A program made the position numbers and the translations under genes. The notes beneath the pieces were generated by a model. That model worked only from the letters and a program-made list of their open reading frames with translations. It was not told where the DNA came from and did not search any database. From Octopus sinensis (Eukaryota), in contig NC_042998.1 in the NCBI RefSeq assembly GCF_006345805.1, positions 126,914,001 through 126,978,000 on the forward strand: a DNA stretch of 64,000 nt, written 5' to 3'. Positions 39,061 through 51,289 of this stretch are shown piece by piece (positions within the stretch are counted from its first letter, which is position 1; the number at the start of each line of letters is the position of its first letter).

Positions 39061-42000
39061 TAAAAAAGTAAAATAGTCAAAGAACTGAAAACCACAGAGC
39101 TCAAAATGGACCACCGACCATACCTCCCAAAAATCAAAATAGACGAAACAACAACACCAATTATAAACAGCATAAACCTAGTCGTCACGGAACTAATAGC
39201 CACTGAAACAAAAAGCGATATCACTAAGCTAAATGACTTAGTATACGCAGCCGCCACTGCAGCCACAAAAGAAGTTGGATACTCACTCAAACCCATCCAA
39301 ACAGGAGTACCACCACCCAAACAAACCCTGTGGATAAATAACATCCAAAACAAAATTTTAAAAAATGAGAAAAGATCTGTCGATCCTTAATGAAATCAGT
39401 AGACAATCAACGCTACTGAGCAACAAAAAGAAAACAAAAATACTCCGCAAATATAACATCACAGAAAAAGATTTACCTGAGATAAAAGAAAAGCTGAAGC
39501 AAGATATCCTTGCCAAAGCACAAAGGATCCGCCGGTATGAGAAACGCCAGCGCTTCTTTGAACAAAACAAAAAGTTCATCTCCAATCCCAAAAAGTTCTA
39601 CCAAGAACTTGGCAAAAATAAAATAGAAATCACTGCAGCACCAACGGCAGAAGAATTGGAAGAATTCTGGAGAGAAATATGGTCGGCGAACGAACAGCCA
39701 AAAAAAAAAGAGTATCAAAATAACAAACTCGGCATCTGAACAACTTTGGACCCCCATAACAACTGAAGAGGTCACCCAGGCACTGCAAAAACTAAGCAAC
39801 TGGAAAGCACCTGGGCATGACAAGATCCCCAACTTCTGGTTGAAATATCTAACAGGAATGCACAAAAAGCTGGCTGAAAACTTTAACAACATACTAGCAG
39901 AGCCAGAGACAATGCCTGAATGGCTCACGAAGGAGAAAACTATCTTAATTCCCAAATCAAATGAGACAGCAAAACCAGAAAACTACAAACCAATAACCTG
40001 TCTCCCTACAATGTACAAGGCATTTACTGCAGTGATATCGCAAAGGTTGAACAAGCACCTGGACGAAAACAACCTGTTTCTAGAAGAGCAGAAAGGATGC
40101 CGCAAAGGCTCATATGGCTGTAAAGATCAACTAATAATTAATAAAAGCCATAACTGAAGACAGCCACAGAAAGAAGAAAGGCCTCAGTATGGCATGGATC
40201 GACTACAAAAAGGCGTTTGATAGCATCCCCCACATATGGATCCTCGAAACACTAGCCATTAACAAAGTAGCACCAACAATTATAAAATTCATAGGGCTCT
40301 CTATGAATAAAGGGCAAACAGTGCTACAGCTCCAAACAAAAGAGGGACTCATGAAAACCAAAGCCATCCCCATTAGAAGAGGAATATTCCAGGTAGACAC
40401 GCTCTCCCCACTCCTTTTCTGCTTGGCACTGTCACCTCTATCTGATATGCTAAATAGAACTGGATGCGGATATAAATGTTACGGCAAAACGATCAGCCAC
40501 ATTTTATATATGAATGACCTAAAACAATACGCTGCAAATGACAAACAGCTGGAAACGCTATTAAAGACAGTTAATGGATTTACCAAAGAAATAGATATGA
40601 AATTTGGATTAGAAAAATGCGCCAAAGTAACCATGAAAAGAGGAAAACTAGTTAAGAGTAGCAACACCACACTAGATAAAACCAATGAAATAAAAGAATT
40701 AGACCAAAGCCAAACTTACAAATACTTAGGAATCCATGAACTAGATAAGACACAACACACACAAATGAAAGAGAAAATAAAAAAAAGAATACTATAGACG
40801 AGTTAGATCAATACTAAAAACAAAGCTCAATGCTAAAAACAAGATAATAGGTATTAACACTTTAGCTGTCCCAGTTATAAGTTATAGCTACAATATCCAT
40901 AACTGGACACTAAATGAACTGACCAAAATAGATAGGAAAACAAGAAAAATAATGACAGGATCTAGGATGCATCCTCCAGAATCTGACATAGAAAGACGAT
41001 ATATACAACGTATAGAAGGTGGTAGAGGCCTTATACAGCTGGAAAACTACTATAAAATAACCACCATAGGACTGCAAAAATATCTACTTCAGAAGGAAGG
41101 AAAACTGATACAAATAGCGGCAAAACACGAGCAAAACAAAAAAAAAACTTCTCAGTATTTAAGGAAGCTGACAAATACAAACAAGAAATCATACCACCTA
41201 ATAAATATGAAGAAGAAGAAGAAGAAGAAGAAGAAGATAAAGAAACAACAAAAGCTATAAAACAAATGAAATCCAAACTAAAAATAGAATAGCAACAAAC
41301 CATGATAAAACGATGGCAAGAAAAGCCCCTTACTGGACTAAACTAAACGCAAAAGAAATAGACAAAGAAAAATCCCAGCAATGGTTGAGAAGCTCAGGAC
41401 TCAAAGCAGAGACAGAGAGATTTTTAATTGCAGCAAAAGACCAAAGCCTCCCCACCAGAAATTACCGAAAACATGTAATGAAAAGAAATATAACAAGTAA
41501 CTGCAGAATATGTGGAGATGGACAAGAAACAATAAATCATATTATCTCTGGCTGCCCAGTCCTGGCTAAGAAGGAATATATTCACAGACATGACAGAGTT
41601 AGAACCTACATACACTGGAAGCTATGCCAACATTATGGAATAACAACAGAAAAAAGATGGTATAGGCACACATCAGAAAAGGTCACAGAAAACGAGAAAG
41701 CAACCATACTCTGTGATATGCCGATACACATAGTTAGAGAAATTAAGGCCAACAGACCAGATATAGTTGTCAGAGATCATGAAGAAAAAAATGCTTTCTA
41801 ATTGATGTATCAATACCGGCAGATGACAACGTTTCTCTAAAAGAAATGGAGAAACTTTCAAAATACAAAGACCTGGAAATAGAGGTAACCAGAATGTGGA
41901 ATCTAAAAACAGAAACAATTCCTATCATAGTAGGTGCATTAGGCATGATAAAAAAATATTCAGACAAATACATAACAAAAACACCAGGACTTACAAACAC

Positions 42001-42168
42001 ATATAACATACAGAAAATTGCACCACTAGGCACTGCACACATCCTACGCAGAACACTTTCCATACAATAACCATCAGAGCATCACAACAAATCACAGCAC
42101 ATACCCAAGGTACACAGAGCTGCGCTCGGTAGTGAAGTGAAAGCACGTTATAAAAATAAAACTACTGA
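39061..42168 (+). mobile_element. R4/Dong-clade LINE, 5'-truncated, inactivated (RT, CCHC finger, RLE endonuclease, short 3' UTR)
   Basis: ORF pieces 39106-39390, 39365-39739, 39840-40157, 40189-40797, 40952-41260, 41313-41801, 41846-42070 give ENYKPITCLPTMYK, EQKGCRKGSYGCKDQL, AWIDYKKAFDSIPH, GIFQVDTLSPLLF, YMNDLK, CRICGDGQETINHIISGC, HDRV, RPDIV, KYKDLEIE, GALG. At least six breaks, and YMND replaces YMDD. (AAT)n both sides. Confidence 0.95.
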
Positions 42169-42169
42169 A

Positions 42170-42207
<38 letters not shown>

Positions 42208-42268
42208 CAGCAACGACAACTTGGAAAAACACCTTAGGAATAAGAACCCAGGTTCGAAATTTCCCCAA

Positions 42269-42314
42269 GACAACTGATGAAGACTGGAGGGTATATCAGC
42301 CGAAACGTTGTGTT
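42269..42314 (+). ncRNA. Minimal type I hammerhead, core intact, one mismatch each in stems I and II
   Basis: GACAA-CTGATGA-A-GACTG-gagggtatat-CAGCC-GAAAC-GTT-GTGTT; stem III is the palindrome AACGTT; predicted GUU cleavage triplet. Confidence 0.6.
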
Positions 42315-42959
42315 AACAACAAACAAGACGAGGACAAATATCCGTCAAATGTAAATAATGTATATTCGAATGTATTTGTAATTATTTTGTTTACAACTCT
42401 ATGTATGTATTTGTGATGTCTCTATTGCCAAGAACAAAAGGATTTTTTATTTCCTTATTCACGATTTCCAGAAAAGAAAGATAAAACTCACGAGTTCTCT
42501 TCTTGAATCATGAATGCAGATCATCCTGGAGAAAATATAAATATGATAATGTGCAAAGTTAACGATGGTGATGATCGTTAACCAAAATGTATAAAATTAA
42601 GAAATATAGCCAATGAAAAAAGGTGCATTGCAGTGTTCAGCGTTACAAAGAGTGTTTACGGCTAACGGGAACGCTCAACGTTAAGAAATTTGTTTAAGCT
42701 TAGTATATTTTGTGAAAGAATGTCCTAGTAATATAATATGTATAGACCATAGAATTGCTGCTATCTAGAAATTACCTATGTCTATCCTAATATCTTATTC
42801 AGCAGTATCCCAAGAAAGTTTTTGGTATCACTCCAGCTACGTTAATTTCAAAGGGGTGACAGATACATTCCTTAATTTTCTTAAATGTTTCCAGTTGAAC
42901 ATCGTCGTAATTCCTAAGTTTTACAGGTCACTTCTTCACAAGATTGTAATCAGTTTGCA

Positions 42960-43270
42960 TTGGTGCGTTGATAATGCATGTGCTATCAAGTGGGTTTGTT
43001 TCAGATCTCCAAGTAAAAAACTGAAACAAGGTGACGAGCAGCGAGGGCAATCTCACCCAGAAATTCGTCGAGAGAAAGCTATCGTGCGTTGCCCAGCTCG
43101 TGTCTTACGGGACTGGAGTAGCTGCTCCTCCACTTTATGTGGAAGAAGTGCGTTCCGTTACTCAGGCGGTATACTTGTTATCAACGTGCACTGAGTGGAG
43201 GATTGGGCATCCCTGTTGATGTGAAGACTTGTACTGAGGCATGATCTTGCATCCCCTTGGCGGTTAGTAG
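42960..43270 (+). mobile_element. L1/Tx1-clade LINE fragment (post-RT region)
   Basis: Frame-shifted pieces DLQVKN*NKVTS, NLTQKFVERKLS, LHFMWKKCVPLLRRYTCYQRALSGGLGIP match the RKLSL..GR / FLW...GGLG pattern of L1/Tx1. Confidence 0.55.
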
Positions 43271-43360
43271 GTATCATCGGCTTTTGTCAAACTCTTTTTT
43301 CTGCAGTTTGTCTCTTTGAATGAGCTGTAGTCCTGGATCAAGTGTAAATAGACCTCAAGC

Positions 43361-43447
43361 GAACTATTAATCTTATCAGAAAACGTTTATCAATTTTCAT
43401 ATAAGTTCTACATTAAGAGTACACATACATTATGATAGTAGTAGTGG
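43361..43447 (+). repeat. Dispersed duplication, paralogous to 45215-45350
   Basis: gaactattaat..aaacgtttatcaattt..ataagttctacattaagagtacacatac..gatagtagtagtgg in both. Confidence 0.75.
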
Positions 43448-43786
43448 ACAGAGAGTTAGAAGTGAAAATTGGTGTTATGACTAGGGAACCATATTTTTGA
43501 TTTTGCACAAAGTATTGTTCTAGAGAATGTCTGTCAAAACATAAAGTTTGAAGTTTGTTTTAAAAGTAATTTGATTATAAGATGATAGTATGATCTTACG
43601 ATATCAGTAAAAAGTGTTTGTACATTTAAAAGTAATTTTGACAATATTTATAGATTAAAATGAATGATTTTTGGATTACAAAGACAATATTTTCCGTAGG
43701 ATATGAGCAATTTCCAGGAACACTATTTTTTGAATCTCTTCCATTTTGGAATTTTCTGGTATCTGAGTTAGGTAGTAATCAGCCCC

Positions 43787-43789
<3 letters not shown>

Positions 43790-43843
<54 letters not shown>

Positions 43844-43991
43844 CATTCATCTTCTTCTTCTTCTTCTTCTTCTTCTTCTTCTTCTTCTTCTTCTTCTTCT
43901 TCTTCTTCTTCTTCTTCTTCTTCTTCTTCTTCTTCTTCTTCTTCTTCTTCTTCTTCTTCCTCTTAGTATTATTATTATTATTATTATTATT
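43790..43991. repeat. Compound (TTA)n-(CTT)n-(TTA)n microsatellite; (CTT)n 43851-43959
   Basis: Directly visible. Confidence 0.95.
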
Positions 43992-44471
43992 GAGTGAGAG
44001 AGCAGTCCATGCCATCAAAGTGACACTGGGGTAAAATATACGAAGCCCAGTATACCCATCATGACTACCCATCTGATAAGTGTACACTAGGCACATACAT
44101 CACAACTATATGTGCGTGACATGGTGATCTCATATCAAGATAAACAGCGCATGACCTTGCAGGTGGGGCCCAGTTAGAATTTTCTTCTGGTCGAGTAACC
44201 CATCCCGCTCAAAAGGTCCCTGAATAGCTGTTTAAGGATGTTGAACGAAACACCCATGTTTCCAGAGGTGAATTATTCTAACCCCAAAGAATCCCTCTCA
44301 ACACATGGCTATTATCCTCCCCCATTACTTCTGCTCGTTATCAGAGCTGCACATATCGACAGCCACTAAGGAACATAGTTAACTGGTTAAGGTCACACAA
44401 CTGACAAACAAATCTGTGGTATTGAGCAGAATATTTGCTGTAGCCCATCTTTTATACCAAGACAAAACAAG
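43992..44471 (-). mobile_element. Non-coding 3' UTR-only copy of the long-UTR Dong lineage
   Basis: Reverse complement of about 33046-33530, same 3' end, 5'-truncated, trinucleotide tracts on both sides. Confidence 0.85.
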
Positions 44472-44498
44472 GTAATAATAATAATAATAATGATGATG

Positions 44499-44562
<64 letters not shown>

Positions 44563-44785
44563 GGCAATTAGCTGGCAGAATAGTTACTCCGTTGAAAAAA
44601 ATACGTAGCTCCACTTCGTCAGTCTTCATGTTCTGGGTTCAGATGCATGGAGGTTGACTTGCCATTCATTCTCTCAGGTTCGTTAAAATCAGTACCATTT
44701 GAGCACTTGGGTCGATGTAATTGACTAGACATCCACCCCAAAAAAAGAATTTCAGACTTCATGTCTATAGTAGACAGAGTTATTA
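44563..44785 (+). mobile_element. SINE family A (degenerate)
   Basis: ggcaattagctggcagaatagtta head, gggtcgatgtaattgact, att tail. Confidence 0.7.
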
Positions 44786-45275
44786 TTATTATTATAGTTA
44801 TGGACTGGCAGAAACGGTGTTAACATTTACAAGACCTACAACAATCATGTTGAAAATGTCAGCAAAAAGTCGAATGAAGCGACTGGCTTAAGCACAGTAA
44901 ATTAGAAAACAACAAGAATGATAACGAAGATCATCAACAATGGAAACAATGATGACATCTAGAAATGGAGCTCATTTAAAAGGGCTAGTAACTCATTAAC
45001 TGAGCACTCGTTTCAGATAAAAAAAATATTCATATAAAGAGATTGACTCATTATATTAAATGTTTTGGAGGTGATAGTACGTTTAGAAGTGTATTTGAAT
45101 CGATCATTGAGGAGCAGAAACAGAAGGAAGTGCATGATATAGTTCGTAGCTCTACTATGATGATGCATCTGGAAGTAATACAGTCTCGTTCGTCTTTCCC
45201 TGACAAATAACTGAGAACTATTAATCAAACCAGAAACGTTTATCAATTTCCAGATAAGTTCTACATTAAGAGTAC

Positions 45276-45337
45276 ACATACTCTTAATGTATGTGTACAT
45301 ACTCTTAATGTATGTGTACATACTCTTAATGTATGTG
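45276..45337. repeat. Three tandem 21-bp units acatactcttaatgtatgtgt
   Basis: Directly visible; absent from the paralog at 43.4 kb. Confidence 0.9.
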
Positions 45338-45829
45338 ATAGTAGTAGTGGGTAGAAAGCCAAAGTACTTAAGTTACGATAACATTAACCATTAACAGACT
45401 TTTGTTTTCTCATAAAAATAATAACTACAAAATATAACACCAAGGCGTGCATTGACTGAAAATCGATTCTTTGCTGGCGACTTCATTAGCTCGTAAGGAC
45501 GCCTCTACTGTATCGTTGCCAGAATCTTTGAGACAATATATATCTGTGCTGTATACGCTGATGTATATCGCCTTTAGTATATCTTAGAATAAATAACATC
45601 TCTATGCTACTGTTGCGTATTTAAGTGTTCATGTTTAAGTGATGGGTTCTATTTATCATGGTGAAGATTTCAATAGAAAGAACTTGGCTATTCAATTCTC
45701 GAAATCCCACTTTTATTTTAGTTAATCACGTCACAGTTAAAATCCATTATCAGGCTTTGAATAATCACATCGCTAGGTGTATTATAATAGAAACGAAAGT
45801 GAGATAAGTTTACCCTCAGCACTCAACGT

Positions 45830-46760
45830 CGCAAATTCGCCAGATACATTTGCACACGCTTGGAAGAGTTGGGTCAATACAATAAAAATGCATTTGAGAC
45901 AGCTGCAATAAATGACAACAGAGAAAGGGCGATTCTGTTATTAAATTCATTTGAGAGGATGACGCGAATTCATAGCTTACTAACGTCCTATGTAATTAGT
46001 AAAAATACTGAAGAGAAGAGTATGTTCCAGTGTACTTCGCGCCGAGTCAAATAGTCCTCAGTTGTATTACCCGAGTAAAAAATACAAAAACAGCAACAAT
46101 GGATCTATTCATTGAAAAGACAAATCACACTGAAAATAAAATTGTTTCAAGTACCCAACACCACACTTTAAAAGTTGATTATTGGTACACATATAATTGT
46201 AAAGCATGGAAAAAAGCAAATGTATTGGTTACAATGAAGACAATACGAACTCGATTTGGCAGTTTCATTGTATCAGTATCTACATAAAAAAATATGTTTT
46301 GAGTAAGATATTAAATCACGAATATGTTAAGAAAATTATCGACTATTTCGTGAGCACTTGCAAATCTGAGACCACATTTTCGCAGTTTTACAAACACTTT
46401 TAACCACGCCAGTATGGAAGACAATTGGAATGCGTTATATGGGAAAACACTGCCTGTCAGTGACAATGAATTTATATTTCAGATTGAAGATGGCGATGAG
46501 CTAAAATAAGTTGATGGAATAGTCACCCCATTCATTATTGATTATTCAGCAACAGGTAATATAGTTGATGAAACGACACTGAATAAGATCAAGGGATTAA
46601 ACTCTGAAACTCTTATTCTACCATTCAAATCCAAGATATTTCCCTATAGGTCAGCTACACCTTTAGCTTTACTAGGAGCTATTTATGTCACATTCAATAT
46701 TGGCTCAATTCACCGTATTCATAGGATATTTATTGCCAAATCTATGATGGTTTAGTGGTT
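45830..46760 (+). pseudogene. Degenerate Gypsy-type gag-protease remnant
   Basis: AAINDNRERAILL and QIVLSC (gag-like); VDGIVTPFIIDYSATGNIVDE (decayed ID[S/T]GA aspartyl protease site); TPLALLGAIYVTF. No LTRs identified. Confidence 0.5.
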
Positions 46761-47204
46761 TATGAGGCATTTACTTCAATTTTATTAACTAAAATAAACT
46801 ACAATAATACACTGTCAACAGAAAAATATGAAAATATGATTCAGTCACTAAACAATAGCCTGAAGTATCGGTCAGTTAAAAGACTGTTAAAATTATTAAT
46901 CATCGATGATCTATAATCAATAATACAATCTATAAGGTAAATAACATTTCGTATAATGAAATGAGAAGAAGAAGAAGAAATTGTTTTGTGAAATTGCACA
47001 TCATTGATAATATGCTGGTTCCACTGCTAGGTTTAATCATATATTGCTGTACAAAAGAACGAGGGCTGCGTTCGTTTGCACGTGTATAAACGCGTAACTG
47101 AAACGGCCTTACAGAGAAGACAATATTAAATAACTACTGTTGATGCATTATCGAAAATTTTAAATAAATCTGGCATTGGTAATAAATTAGATTTGAATTA
47201 CTGG

Positions 47205-47417
47205 CTTCAAATTTTGGCATAAGGCCAGTAATTTCGGGGGAGAAGAGTAAGTGGATTACACCGACCCCAATGCTCAAGTGGTACTTATTTTATTGATCCC
47301 TAAAGGATAAAAGGCAAAGTCGGCCTCGGCGGTATTTGAATTAGAACGTAAAGACGGACGAAATATCGCTAAGCATTTTCGCCGGGGTGATGACGACTCT
47401 GTAAGCCCGCCACCTTA
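47205..47417 (-). mobile_element. SINE family A
   Basis: aaattttggcataaggccag..ggcaaagtcggcctcggcgg..cccgccacctta. Confidence 0.8.
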
Positions 47418-47957
47418 ATAGATCTGAATATTAGTATCACCAACATTGCATAATCTTTTAGAAATGATTTATATCGGTATAAGCTTTCGGTTTTCGGAAG
47501 TCTCTCAACATTTGAAGAATTTCTGGAAATCATAAAGCAATCTTTTGAAATATGTTGATAATATCATAACCTATGACAAGACACACACACACACACACAC
47601 ACAAAGAAAAATCATGATATTATATTAAATTGCTGTTTAACGATGTTACGTTGCAGTTAACTCACATCAAACGACAAGTAAGGTATTTTGGGTGTGAGTG
47701 GGTTTCATATCAAAAAGTTTAATGAGGAGCAATTAAGATCAATACTATGACTCATTTTTAAAGTACGCAATGGATAATTATGAGATTAAGCAACTTTCAT
47801 AATCGTTTCATACTACACATAGCTGTTAAGATAGATATATGATAGTAACTGATAAAAAGAAAGAGCAATTTCAGCGGATTTGTCAACGAAAACTTGTAAA
47901 ATTAAAACAGTGCACTGTCAATATCATGTACAATATTATCTCAATTTGTTATCTTGT

Positions 47958-48117
47958 TTGTCTTTACGTTCTGAGTTCAAATTCCGCCGAGTCGACTTTG
48001 CTTTTCATCCTTTCGCGTGTCGATTAACTTAAATACCAGTTGCGTACTGGGATCGATCTAATTGACTGGCCCCCTCCTACCAAATTTTGGGCCTTGTGCC
48101 TAGAGTAGGAAATAATA
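47958..48117 (+). mobile_element. SINE family A, 5'-truncated
   Basis: tacgttctgagttcaaattccgccgagtcgactttgc..gggccttgtgcctagagtagg. Confidence 0.8.
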
Positions 48118-49079
48118 TTACCTAAATTTGACACCGGATGGGTAGCTTCTGTTAGTTGAGTTACAACCCTTACAGGATTAAGAGTCATATTGGCACAACA
48201 TGACTCTAGGGACATTATTTTCTGTATATTTCTAGCATTGTCTGACAGAAAATGAAAGCCATGATACGAAAATGTTCATGCATATTCATATGGCAGACGA
48301 TACAACGTCTTCAATTATTTTCAACTGCTACGAATATTATTTAGCGAAAAGAGAAATGCTTCTCTAAGATTACTTTGCAGGGGACTTAGATTGCTATCTT
48401 ATTACCAACTACAATTTATTAAAGACACCCACATGCAGCAGGTGTACTATGACATCAACCAAAAACCACAATATGTTAATAAATAAGACCATTGTCAGTG
48501 TTATGTCAGTATTGTAATCACATTGCAATTCCTAAAGCCATGACCTCAATTAATTTGTTAAAGCAAAAGAACAGTCAACTAGCAAAGTATTTAGAACTGG
48601 TAATGGTAAAGTGCAGCTGTTAGAAATTGTTTGCTTCGAAAGCAATATCATATTTTGCAATCTGTACTAGACTCCACCAGGGTGCATAATATGCTCAAAC
48701 CTATTTGATCAGTTGAAAGGGATCTGACCTTTCTTCTAAGTATTTAAATTAACTTTCAGCAGATAATCCTAAATTTAATGAAACAGTCACTACCAATTGT
48801 CTGTTTTCTTTTTCTAAGAAAAGGAAAACATTCAGTTAAATGTATGTGTTGCTTTTTACAAGCGACTTTCGGTACATCAATTTAAAGTGTTGTTTTGTTT
48901 TTCGGGTGGAAATTGGCTGTGGATATGATTCTGTAACGATTAAGTAGACTTTATCACACCACTAACACTGCTACGGAATATATCAGAACATTCTGTCTCT
49001 CTTTATTCAGGGCGATTTGCTACAGCAAAAGCATTTGTTGCAAGATCATATTACATTTATTATTTTTGGAGAGCTCTTT

Positions 49080-50050
49080 GTTTCTAACTTGGATAGGGGG
49101 ATGTTGGTATTTGCTCATTCATTTGTTATAATGTGCTATTGACTTATTTTATCATTAGGTGTGAGGTGGAGACTATGCTATTGTTGTGGCTGTGTATATT
49201 GGTGATTGTATATATTCGGCATCTACAGATTTGGTCCTTGCTTTGGATTTTAATTAATTTTATTCTCTATATGTGTCTTTAATTTGCCGAACATAGGATA
49301 TTACCATTGCTACTGAACAGATTGTGATCAAATTGTTTTTGTGGAAGGGTTTTCTTGAAGGGACGTGTATTCAGTTACTATTTCTTGCAGATGTTTGTCT
49401 GTTAGCTGTTGGAAAGTCCATAGTCGTGAAGTTCATGTTGTGTAACCAATCTATGAACAAATACGCAACAGCAATGCTCACACTTTCTTTATTTCGTATT
49501 TTTTGTTCCTAGAAAGTTTCTACGTGACCTTGTATTTTTTTTAAGACAGTAAGATGTGACCTGAAGAATAGCTGTCTATTTTTCTATTAATAGCTTGGGC
49601 AGGTGTTCCTGTTGATTCATAGTTATTGATTTTGTTATAGTCAATTCAAATTGTTTTGTTAGATTTTTATTATTGTTGACTAAGTGTAATTAATCTTTGT
49701 GATATATATCTTATTTAACTTCATTGTTTTCTTTGGGCTCCAAATATATATTTATTATGGTTGAGTATTTGTTTAATTAATTTTGTGTTTTTACATGGTA
49801 CTTGTCATAGTTTGTTTGCTTTTTATTTTCCTCTGCTGAGCTGTTATTTTTATATTCTTCTCCATCATGGCCGTTTCTGTAGCATTATTGTTTTATTTTA
49901 TAGATATTTATTTGTTTTGTGTGTAGTGGATACTGTTTTGATATTTTCATTCTTTCGCGAAAATCTTTCTTTTCTTTCTTTTCATTGTTTCTCTGTAGCT
50001 TCTCTGGTATTCTTAGCACGAATTGTTCTAATTCAGTTTTTAGACTCTAT
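49080..50050 (-). pseudogene. Possible highly degenerate R4/Dong 5' coding region
   Basis: A-rich minus strand; MNQQEHLPKLLIEK (cf. MDHRPYLPKIKIDE at 39106) and HIENKIN; otherwise unreadable. Confidence 0.3.
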
Positions 50051-50064
50051 TTACAGTTTCAGAA

Positions 50065-50415
50065 AATACTCTTTTACTGGTTTCAGTCATTTGACTGTGA
50101 CCATGCTGGAGCACCGCCTTTAGTGGAGCCTAGTACTTATTCTATCGGTCTCTTTTGCTGAACCGCTAAGTTACAGGGACTTAAACACACCAGCTTCGGT
50201 TGTCAAGCGATGTTGTGGGGGGACAAACACACACACACACACACATATATATACATATATACGACGGGTTTCTTTCAGGTTCCGTCTACCAAATCCACTC
50301 ACAAGGCTTTGGTCGGCCCGAGGCTATAGTAGAAGACACTTGCCCGAGGTGCCACGCAGTGGGACTGAACCCGGAGCCATGTGGTTGGTAAGCAAGCTAC
50401 TTTACCACACATCCA
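50065..50415 (-). mobile_element. SINE family B
   Basis: Well-preserved head and tail (tttcagtcatttgactgtgaccatgctggagcaccgcc). Confidence 0.9.
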
Positions 50416-50479
50416 CCAAAAGACGAGGCACTATCTTGGGAAATTGAAACGACAACCTGAAAATTTAAAAGACAGCAGA

Positions 50480-50760
50480 ATCAATATAAAAGGTCCATTT
50501 ATAAAGAAATACCCTCAGAGACAGTAAAGGACAGTAAAGTGATTGGCAAGAAAACCCTACAATATACAGGAACTTGGTTGGTTGGTTGGGTGCTTGATGT
50601 CTGCTACAGAGAGCGAAGCGATTTAATTCGTTATTTTCAGAACCGCGGTTGTAGATCTCTGGAAATAGTAGCGTCTGGAACAAGTTTTTGTTAGAGTGGC
50701 CCAGTGCAAAATTTATGAAAGTTTGAAAATCTCTAGATAACGATGTCTGAGTAATTCTGA
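50480..50760 (+). mobile_element. Possible CR1 3' coding end
   Basis: RYFQNR(V)VDLWK resembles FFSNRVVNLWN. Confidence 0.35.
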
Positions 50761-51289
50761 AGAACAACTTGTAACCATCAGTACGTTGGAAAGATATGTA
50801 GATTTACTCCAGTCATCCACGAAATGTGTCGATTTAGGCTTAGCGAAGCTATACCATACACAAAGGAGAATAAAAAACAGCAGCAAATGAAAAAAATGCT
50901 TAAGATATGAAATTTTCATCGGAAAGAGTACACCAGAAGAAAAGAAGAAAAAAGAACAATGAAAGAAATTTCGTGTATTGCTGGTTTGTGAAAAGGTGTA
51001 TGAACAAAACAAAGCGGACGTCTCGAGGCTATTTATAACGGAACATCAGAATCGTCTTCCATGTGTTTACTCGGAGTTCATGACGTGTTCCTACCCCCAT
51101 CACTGATGAGCTGCTTGCAACTAAATCTAAATTTTAGCTCGAGATTTCGGTCTACACCAAAGAAATAAGTTGTTCGTGGTGAATGCAAGATATTAAAAAC
51201 AGTGCTTCAAGCAACACCAGTATATCCTGTAAACTAGCCGTCCATAGAGCGTCAGTTCAGTTTATTGTAATGAGTGTGGAGTGATTAAA

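Larger units (their letters stand above)
38867..42360 (+). mobile_element. tRNA-headed hammerhead element, forward copy, split by a Dong insertion in its (AAT)n linker
   Basis: Head 38867-38941, linker (AAT)n, 3.1-kb Dong, rest of linker 42169-42220, body 42225-42360. Confidence 0.8.

Noticed and set aside
42778-43219. GC-richer ORFs with a good-looking splice acceptor at 43004
   Set aside because: Motifs distributed over three frames match an L1/Tx1 LINE.
45276-45337. Short direct repeats considered as CRISPR-like
   Set aside because: No spacers, no cas genes, eukaryotic context; simple tandem repeat.
45476-45486. TGGCGAC as primer-binding site for the Gypsy remnant
   Set aside because: No adjacent LTR end (CA) or matching second LTR could be identified.
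51100-51150. CTGATGA..AGCTC-GAGA hammerhead-like string; also CTGATGA matches near 1107, 5771, 24768, 27051, 27903, 38050
   Set aside because: Stem II, GAAA and stem III cannot be assembled together.
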